The notes: generated by a model from the sequence alone, not told the origin. 8,550 nt of DNA from Paraspadella gotoi (GCA_051294375.1 JBJCIZ010000593.1:1-8550), one strand, 5' to 3'; counted from the stretch's first letter, positions 1 through 7,082 are shown. Numbers and translations are program-made.

Positions 1-225
1 TAGAGAAAAATATCGAGTTGTTTTCAGTTTAAGGATAAGACATGTAATGATCGAAATCATTCAAAACGAGGTAAGGTAAAAGACAAAACAATGGTAAGTA
101 AGAAATAAGGGAAAACGCTAAACAATAGTAAAGGTAAGGTTGATTTAAGGTCAGGAACTTGACCTTGGTCAAATGTCAGTTGCATTGTCGAGGTTGTTGT
201 CGTTGTTGTTGTTGTCGTCGCCGCA
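1..225 (-). repeat. 3' LTR (partial, truncated by window start)
   Basis: Aligns end to end with 5142-5371. Begins TGCGGCGACG on the minus strand at 225, 3 nt after the G8 polypurine tract. Confidence 0.95.
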
Positions 226-3200
226 TATCCCCCCCCAAGCCCTGTCGCTAGCTTTTGTTGTGGCAGGGTTTGAAAGTTTGGGCTCATCGCCTTCGTCTTC
301 GTCTGGCGGGAACAACGTTTCCGGAAGTGGGAGGCGCTTCTTGGCTTCGCGGGGTGGCTGGATTCGGGAGGGTGGCGCCGACTTTGATCGATTCTCTCTT
401 AACATGCGAGATTTTGGTTGCGGCCGCCGGGGACTTGTTGGTGACTCAGAGACGTGCCTGCGTGGTGTTAGGGGCGAGGCGTGGGGCTCTATTTGGCGGA
501 GGCGTGGTCGTCCTCGTTTAGGCGCTTGAGGAGGCACCGGCGGTTGGCTGTCATCAATGGCAGCCGGCTTTATGCGGTCCAATGTGATTTTTTCCGCGCC
601 GCGCCCAGGGATCTCCACCGTGAGCGTGCGTTGTCCTCTTTGTAAAATCCGGTAAGGGCCGGCGTAGGGCTGCTGTAGGGTGCCGGAGTTGGCAGGGCGT
701 CGGATGAAGACGTGTTCCGCTTTTTCGAGAGATGCTGGGATTCTGGAAGGGGCTTGACAGTGAGCGGAAGCGGGCGTAGGTCGCATTAGAGCGACGTCAA
801 AACGAAGGTTTTTCAGCGTCTCCGCGCGCTCAGCGGCGTCAACTTCCGGTGCCGGAGGTGCAGGACCAATGAGCTCACCGGGAATGGAGAGGACGTCACC
901 CATTACTAATTCTGCTGGTGACGCATCAAGATCGGCCTTGTGGGCTGTGCGCAGCCCTAAGAGAACCCATGGGAGCTGTGAAGACCATTTTTCAGCGGCT
1001 GCCTCACAACGTGCTTTAAGAGAGGATTTCAATGTGCGATGGAATCGTTCTACCATTCCATTTGCCTGTGGATGGTAGGCCGTGGTGGGCGCCATTTTGA
1101 AACCAACTGTTTCTGACAGTTGTCGCCACAGTTCGGAGGTAAATTGAGAGCCGCGGTNNNNNNNNNNAGTAGCGGGAACGCCAAATCGCGCGACCCAATT
1201 TTGGAGAAAAGCTGCTGCGATCGTGGCGGCTGAAGTGTCTCGGACTGGCACTGCTTCTGGCCAGCGCGTGTATCGATCAATACAGGTGAATAAGTGTGAG
1301 TAACCTGAAGATACAGGGAGTGGGCCCACGATATCGACATGCACGTGATCAAAGCGACGTTCTGTTGGTGCAAACTGTTGTGGAGGGGCCTGGACGTTTT
1401 CCTGGATCTTTGATCTCTGGCACGCGATGCATGTGCGTGTCCATTGAGCGACGTCAGTCGGAGCCGCTGGCCACGTGAAGCGACTCGTGAGCAGTTTTTT
1501 AGTTGCTCTTACGCCGGGATGCGAGAGACCGTGGATAGCATCAAAGATTTGTCGACGCCACTTTTCTGGCACTAAAGGGCGCGCGCGACCGCTGCTGATG
1601 TCACAGAGGAGGTTGACGCCGTCAACCAAAATATGTTTGAAGCGCAGACTGGTGTGTGGGTCGGCAAGGAGGCGCTGAGTGTCGGCGTCGCTGGTTTGGT
1701 CGGCGGCGAGAGCAGCGAAGTCAATCCCGCGGTCTGTGATGGAGTTGATGGTTGCCTCGAGAGTAGGGACAGCCGCAGGTGGAGTGGTAGCAGGAGGTAA
1801 CTCAACGCGCGAGAGTGCGTCGGCGACAATGTTCGCCTTTCCCTCAATGTGTCGCACATCCGTTGTAAACTCTGCAATAGCTGCTAACTGGTAAGTTTGT
1901 CGCATGGTGTGCGGCTCAGTCTTTTTTCTGATCGCTGGTATGAGGCTGTTATGGTCCGAGAATAAGGTGAAATGGCGTCCTTCGATATGTGGCCGGAAAT
2001 GGCGAATGGCGCGGAAAGCGGCGAGAAGCTCTCGGTCAAATGGCGGCCATTGTCGTTGGGAGCCCCGAAGCGGTGAAGAAAAGAAGGCTAAAGGCTTCCA
2101 TTCATTATCGACGGCCTGCTCCAACACTGCGCCTATGGCAGTAAGGGAGGCGTCGACTGTAAGAGCGAGGGGCGCGCCATCGACCGGATGGACCAGCATG
2201 GTTGCATTCGCGAGTGAATCTTTTGCTGCTTGAAACGCGTCTTCGCACTCTGCTGTCCAGTTTAGCTGCTTTGGCTTCCCCCGCAGGGCTTCGTAGAGAG
2301 GATCAAGGAGTTGGGCGGCGTGGCGCATGAAACGTCGATAGTAGTTTAATACACCGAGGAAACGCTGAAGATCCTTGATCGTTGTTGGTTTCGGGAAACG
2401 GCGGATGTCATCCACTCGAGCTGGTAATGGATAAACTCCCTGTGCGTCGACATGGTATCCAAGGAAGTCGAGCGAAGCAGCTCCAAAGATGCATTTTGAC
2501 CTGTTGACAATTAGGCCATTTTCCTCCAAGCGTTGAAAACTCGGGTAAGGTCTTGGACGTGTTCCTCTGGCGACGTCGATGCGACAAGAATGTCATCGAG
2601 ATAGACAACACACGTGCGGCAGTCCTTGGAGGATGGAATCCATCATCCGTTGGAAGTCCTGCGCCGCGTTCTTGAGTCCAAAAGGCGTTCGCAGGTACTC
2701 CCAGGATCCGATGGGCGTGATGATGGCGGTCTTGGGAATGTGTGCAGGATGGACCGGGATCTGGTGGTAACCTTTATAGAGGTCGATTTTGAAAAAATCG
2801 TTTTCCCGGCGATCTCTGCATTGAAGTCCAGTATATGGCGGATCGGGTAGCGGTCATCCTTCGTTGCCGCGTTAAGTCGTCGGTAGTCGCCACAAGCTCG
2901 GATACCGCCGTCAGGCTTCTTCACTACATGGAGTGGGGATGCCCAGGGGCTGCGGCTCCGTCTAATGATTCCGAGTTTCTCAAGCTTTTCGAATTCGGCT
3001 TTGACAGCGGCGAGTTTGTCCGGTGCCAAGCGGCGGGCTTGAGCATGCACTGGCGGGCCTTCTGTAGGAATGAAATGTTCCACGCCATGTTTGGGCTTTG
3101 AAGGATCGAACGAAGGGGTTGTGAGGGCGGGTCTGTCATCAAGCAGCTTGGTGAAAACATTGTTCACCAGGTTGACTCGAAATGGTCGCCCTGGACGGAC

Positions 3201-3587
3201 TTTNNNNNNNNNNGTAGAAAAGTCTCTGCAATCGACCAGAATTTTTAGTTTGGGAAATGGTGCAAGATCGTGCTCCATAAGAAAATCGTTTCCCAAGATG
3301 GGCGTGGCCACGTCAGCGACGATGAAGTCCCATTCAAAGCTCCGGGAGCCGAGGCGCAACGTCAAGGATCTTTTGCCGAAGCAAGGAATGGGAGTTCCAT
3401 TAGCGGCGTGAAGGGGCGTGGCTGTGGGGCCGGCGCGGCGCTCCGCGGCGTTCGGAGCGACGAGTGAGACGCTGGCGCCGGTATCGACCAACCACGTAGT
3501 GCCGCTGGCGCTGTCACGCACGTGAAGCAAAGTTTCTATATCGCCGGCGGCGGCGCTCACTTCCGGCCGCCGGCCTTTCCGTTTCCC
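169..3587 (-). CDS. pol: Pol polyprotein (protease-RT-RNase H-integrase), interrupted by three single-base indels in RT (about 2788, 2610 and 2537)
   Basis: ORFs 2643-3608 and 169-2529 plus the intervening frames give continuous motifs: LVDTGASVS, SPWASPLHVVKK, DYRRLN, FSK/IDLYKGYHQIP, PFGLKNAAQDFQR, VYLDDILV, FLGY, TVDAS, RELLA, SDHNSL, NIVADALSR, HHCC, DDE, GPY. The two N10 runs preserve frame. Confidence 0.93.
229..236 (-). promoter_or_regulatory. Polypurine tract (G8) priming plus-strand synthesis
   Basis: Minus strand GCTTGGGGGGGG-ATA-TGCGG, directly upstream of the 3' LTR. Confidence 0.88.
562..1722 (-). other. Integrase (HHCC, D-D35-E core, GPY/F module); no chromodomain
   Basis: HGLSH...CIAC; HVDIVGP; second Asp partly under Ns (NAC-RGSQF); YHPQANGMVERFH with 35-residue spacing; PYAGPYRI...DRIKPA. 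Confidence 0.93.
1807..2169 (-). other. RNase H domain (Ty3/Gypsy type)
   Basis: LALTVDAS...IGAVLEQ...PLAFFS...DRELLA...FTLFSDH...NIVADALSR with all four catalytic acidic residues present. Confidence 0.93.
2449..2972 (-). other. Reverse transcriptase domain (frameshifted as given)
   Basis: Runs from GIIRRSRSPWASP to FLGYHV. Catalytic YLDD is TAT CTC GAT GAC at 2603-2592; the ORF track misses it because of the indels. Confidence 0.93.
3264..3530 (-). other. Aspartic protease domain
   Basis: Catalytic WLVDTGASVS (DTGA at 3485-3474), AANG flap, and ILGNDFL motif. Confidence 0.93.
3543..3587 (-). promoter_or_regulatory. Programmed -1 ribosomal frameshift signal (gag to pol)
   Basis: Slippery heptamer G GGA AAC (3587-3581) is in the gag frame and pol is in the -1 frame. 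After a 6-nt spacer comes a perfect 9-bp all-GC stem, GCCGGCGGC (3574-3566) with GCCGCCGGC (3551-3543), whose 14-nt loop contains the gag stop. Confidence 0.88.
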
Positions 3588-4395
3588 CGGCTGCAGGGTG
3601 ATCGGCACTTTTTAGCTTCATCGCCATACATCCAATGATAAAAGCAGATGTCTGAAGCTGGCGAATTGGGGTAGCGGCTGCGAGGAGGCGGATGTTTCGC
3701 TACACGAACATGCTTTGGGTCCGAGCGCTTTTTGTTTTGGATGGCGGTGCCCACGGCGCAGACTTCAGCGTATGACCTTGGTCGCTCTTCCTCATCATCG
3801 CTTTCATCGTCAGAATCAGTCACCAGGCAGGCGTTAACTGATCCTGCAGCTGCGGGAGGTTTGACGAGGAGATTTCCTGAGTTGTCGTAAAAAGCATCAG
3901 CTGCCAGCGCCGCATCTCTCAGGGTGTTAGTATCCGTGATGGCAATACTACGCACATGTGGAGGTAGGGCGTTTGCCAGCATTTCCTTGAACAAGGCATC
4001 CCTTTCCAGATGCTGAAAAGATGCTTCCAAGATGGTCGCCAGCTGCGAAGGGGTCCGTCCACTCAAAGATTGTGGCTTCAACGCACGTGCGGCTAGTTGT
4101 CGCATTTTTTCGCCAAAAAGCGCCACTAGTCGCTTCTTAACAGCAGCGTAAGTTGGGAGGGAAGTGGAAGTGTAGAGATCTTGAAAGAGAATCTGATGCT
4201 CAGCGGGTATTGCTGCAAAGACGTAGCTTGCTCTCGTTTGGGGATCCTCCACACCCGCAACATCCAAAGGAGGCGTCGACTCCTGCCACCATAGTTAATA
4301 TTTGAAGAATCAAAAGAAGGAAGCTTTGGGGTGCGAGGCCTTAGGAACGGCGCCCGTGGGAGTAGGTAGGTCGAAATGAACAGTTCTGTTTCCAT
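3557..4395 (-). CDS. gag: Gag (capsid plus CHCC nucleocapsid knuckle); 5' part broken by single-base indels near 4262-4297, start uncertain
   Basis: ORF 3557-4267 ends ...ICFYHWMYGDEAKKCRSPC... Upstream frames rebuild the CsRn1-type Gag N-terminus KLPSFDSSNI-x-LWWQ-x-VDASF-DVAGVEDPQTRASYVF (compare KLPPFW...LWF.QVEA.F...GI...TKF.YV). The ATG at 4395 is in frame with KLPSF (4326). Confidence 0.85.
3593..3646 (-). other. Gag C-x2-H-x9-C-x3-C (CHCC) zinc knuckle
   Basis: C-FY-H-WMYGDEAKK-C-RSP-C; this spacing is diagnostic of the CsRn1 clade rather than the retroviral CCHC. Confidence 0.93.
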
Positions 4396-5099
4396 AGGAG
4401 CTGTGGCACCAGCGATTGGCACCGCGGGGCGGCGCGCGGGCGGCGGGCGGCATCAAAGTGCTTCCGCTCCGGCGAGGCGTCGGGTTTGAAGCGTGGCGGC
4501 GTCGAGGATTGGGCCGCGAAGAGACTTGGGCGTCCCACGGGCGACAGCGGCTGCAAAATAATCCGGCGGAGAAGGGAGACGCCTTCAGGGGTTTGCGGCG
4601 CCTCTGCGGAGCTTTCGGCGAGCGCCGGTTGGTTCGTCAGAACCACCCAGGCGCCTCCTCTTTTGGCGCAGTAACTCCCGAGTCCTCAGGCGCGGATCTT
4701 CATGGGGCAGGCGGCGCCCCGAGCTAGAGGCGGTAGAAAGGCGGCGTTTAGCGCGAGAGATCTCTTCTCTAATCTCCCGGATGCTGTCGACAATAGGGCC
4801 AAATTGACGCCTTGCACAGAGAACGTCAAGGCGACCAGTGAGACGGGTTCTCTGCTCTCTCCACATAGGTGACTCATGTGGCGTTCTAGCGATTGGTCCC
4901 ATTGGACCCGACCGGGGGCGGCGCCGGCGGCAGGGAGCCTGGGCGGCGCCAACCGCCGGGCGACGGTTCGGGGCAGAGAAGAGTGTCCGCGTCCAACGCT
5001 TCGTCTGGGGAATGAATCCCTCCATAATGAATCGTTTCGAGAGTAGAAGGTACTTTTTTTTTTTAAAATTAGTGTGAGAAGGTTGCGTAAAATTTGTTG

Positions 5100-5115
5100 C
5101 AAGTCGGGCTTACCA
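5100..5115 (-). promoter_or_regulatory. Primer binding site, tRNA-Trp-like (degenerate)
   Basis: Minus strand TGGTAAGCCCGACTTG matches 13/16 positions of TGGTGACCCCGACGTG, the complement of the metazoan tRNA-Trp 3' end. It lies 3 nt downstream of the LTR CA. Confidence 0.8.
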
Positions 5116-5118
5116 CTT

Positions 5119-5371
5119 TGGGATCTGATTTGTAGATTTTGTAGAGAAAAAATATCGAGTTGTTTTCAGTTTAAGGAATAAGACATGTAATGATCGAATC
5201 ATTCAAAACGAGGGTAAGGTAAAAGACAAAACAAATGGTAGTAAGAATATAGGGAAAACGGCTAAACAATAGTAAAGGTAAGGTTGATTTAGGTCAGGAA
5301 CTTGACCTTGGTCACAAAGTGTCAGTTTCATTGTCGAGGTTGTTGTCGTTGTTGTTGTTGTCGTCGCCGCA
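5119..5371 (-). repeat. 5' LTR (~253 bp, TG...CA)
   Basis: Minus strand reads TGCGGCGAC...GATCCCA, then a 3-nt spacer (AAG) and the TGG of the PBS. Homology with 1-225 stops at about 5371, followed by TTAA and AT-rich host DNA. The 5119 boundary is inferred from PBS spacing because the matching end of the other LTR is off-window. Confidence 0.92.
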
Positions 5372-5808
5372 TTAATTTTTTTACTTTAATTTTAATATAT
5401 TACAGTTTTTTTCCAGACATATATTTTTTTTTGTTCAGCTCTGATTTTATTTCAATGTATTAAAAAGAAATAAATTAAAAAAAATATGTAATTTTATTCA
5501 TAGATTCTCAACCAAAGAGGAAGAGAGAACGAGAGAAAACCAAAAAATAAAAGAATAAGAAAAAATGTGAATAAAAAAATTAGAGACAAACAATTATAAA
5601 TGTTAGAAATAAATTAAAAAAAAAAATTAAAAAAGAAAAATCAAGAAGAGCAGCGGTTGCAGATTTAATACATAAATACTTTCAATTTCTAACCAAAAAA
5701 ACAAATGACACGCATGTTATTATAGCTTCGGTTCATCTTTATTCTCAATTTGTTCTATCGCTACGGGTTTCGGGTTCCTTCAAAAAATCGGCCGCTTCCA
5801 CATGTTCG

Positions 5809-6423
5809 TAAGGCGGGTAGTAAAAATTTTAAATGTTAACTTTAATTAAATTTAAAAGTGAGGAACGAACAACATTTATTATGAAACATTTATGTAATCA
5901 AATAAATTTATAATAAATTTTACAATTTATGCAGTAAGCTATATTTATACTAGTACTAACCAATAAATGTTAAAATTTCAATTACAGTTTTTTCTAAGAT
6001 TTTTTGCCAAATTTGCGATTCGTCATAAAAAGTTGGTAAAAAGAAATATAATCTTTTAAAAAATTCCTTTATTAAGGTGGTCAAAATTAAAAAAGCTATA
6101 TTTTAAGCTGAAAAATTAACTTTTATTATATTAAATATAGTTTTTTTAATTTTGAACCCACTTATGAAAGAATTTTTTAAAAATGATTTATATATTTTCT
6201 TATATCAACTTTTGACGAGGAATTCAAATCTGCAATCCAAAAATTAAGAAAGCTTATTTTGAAAATTTTTCGATTTATAAGGATAATACTATATATAAAT
6301 ATAGCCTACGCGAAATTAAAAAAATTAAAAATTAATTTTTTTTACAAATTAATGGTTCCACTGATAGTATGCTTGTTCATAATTGACTTTAGAATTTTCG
6401 TATGTAACTTTCACTACGCCTTA
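5809..6423. mobile_element. Diverged full-length palindromic (foldback/MITE-like) element flanked by a TA duplication
   Basis: Two ~305-bp arms pair about a centre near 6117. Examples: 6073 taaggtggtcaaaattaaaaaagctatattt against the reverse complement of 6133-6164, taagtgggttcaaaattaaaaaaactatattt; and 5936 aagctatatttatac-tagtactaacc against aggctatatttatatatagtattatcc. Ends are TA-AGGCGggTAGTAAAA and TTTCACTACGCCT-TA. Aligned by eye. Confidence 0.72.
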
Positions 6424-7027
6424 GTGTTCGCTTACGCTTTCCGGATCGCGTCAACAAGGTGCAAGGCCTTTAGCATTACCAAATATAAAAAAATTGAAAA
6501 TTAACTAACTCTATTTGAAATAAAAACAAATATCTAAATACTAAAAATGATCGAAAACTAAAAATGATTTTTTTCGACATTCTTTGCTTCTAACTTCTAG
6601 AAGATTTGACCTACAAAAAAATGCAAGGAAGCGACTAAAAAAAAATTTCATATAGATTTAGAAACATTCTTATTTTTTTAAATCAAATATGTTTTCGAGT
6701 AGATATCGTTTATTAAAAATGTGATGTACGTTTTTCCTAGATAGTAACAACTTAAATTTAAAACTTACATTTTACAGTAAAATAAATAATAAAAATTAGC
6801 CTCCGTGCAATAGATATTATAACATTTATTATCATTATGATGTCTAATAGACACAATAGATATCGGACATCTTCTAGTTTTTAACCTGCCCGTCTTTGCT
6901 GCCCAGTTTTCCCACGTTTTACCCTTTTTACTTTTTACCCCTTTTCCCTTTAAGTCTTACCCCCTAACCTCCCAACCCCCCATTGACCTGACCTTTCAAC
7001 CGCTTCCCCCCCTCCCATCACCCCAAA

Positions 7028-7082
7028 AGACCCGCCCATCTGTTCCCCCCTTCCCCACAAAGAGACCCGCCCATCTGTTCCC
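7028..7082. repeat. Perfect 20-bp direct repeat, 2 copies (period 35), inside a C-rich tract
   Basis: agacccgcccatctgttccc at 7028-7047 and 7063-7082. Confidence 0.9.

Larger units (their letters stand above)
1..5371 (-). mobile_element. Ty3/Gypsy LTR retrotransposon, CsRn1 (Kabuki/Boudicca-like) clade, near full length (~5.4 kb; last ~23 bp of the 3' LTR lie outside the window)
   Basis: Direct terminal repeats at 1-225 and 5119-5371, PBS at 5100-5115, PPT at 229-236. Domain order is gag-PR-RT-RH-IN (Gypsy order). The CHCC Gag knuckle and tRNA-Trp-like PBS are known CsRn1-clade traits. No env ORF. Confidence 0.96.

Noticed and set aside
1-225. TATA box or AATAAA poly(A) signal in the LTR
   Set aside because: No canonical motif on the minus strand (only CTTAAA), so U3/R/U5 borders cannot be assigned precisely.
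57-287. 76-aa minus ORF with a poly-Thr run and hydrophobic C-terminus as a mini env or membrane protein
   Set aside because: Mostly within the LTR. The poly-Thr comes from the (ACA)n repeat and the hydrophobicity from a T-rich strand. No signal peptide or furin site is seen, and the indels between the LTRs do not keep this frame locally. Not supportable, though not formally excluded.
1158-1167. N10 run (also 3204-3213) as an assembly break or deletion
   Set aside because: Both keep the pol frame, and the first fits the expected four codons (ITSD-like) exactly. They are unknown bases, not biology.
173-5077. Many plus-strand ORFs (60-118 aa) and short alternate-frame minus ORFs inside the element
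   Set aside because: Shadows of GC-rich gag/pol coding sequence with no recognisable motifs and mostly non-ATG starts.
5372-5650. Splice-acceptor-like tracts (ttttttccag, tttttgttcag) and A-rich sequence
   Set aside because: Low-complexity AT DNA with no convincing exon following.
6259-6504. 81-aa plus ORF as a host gene
   Set aside because: TTG start and I/K/F/N-biased composition; two-thirds of it lies in the palindrome arm.
6520-6720. Weak inverted symmetry around ttctagaa (about 6600), possibly another decayed MITE
   Set aside because: Matches are mainly A/T runs and could not be told from chance by eye.
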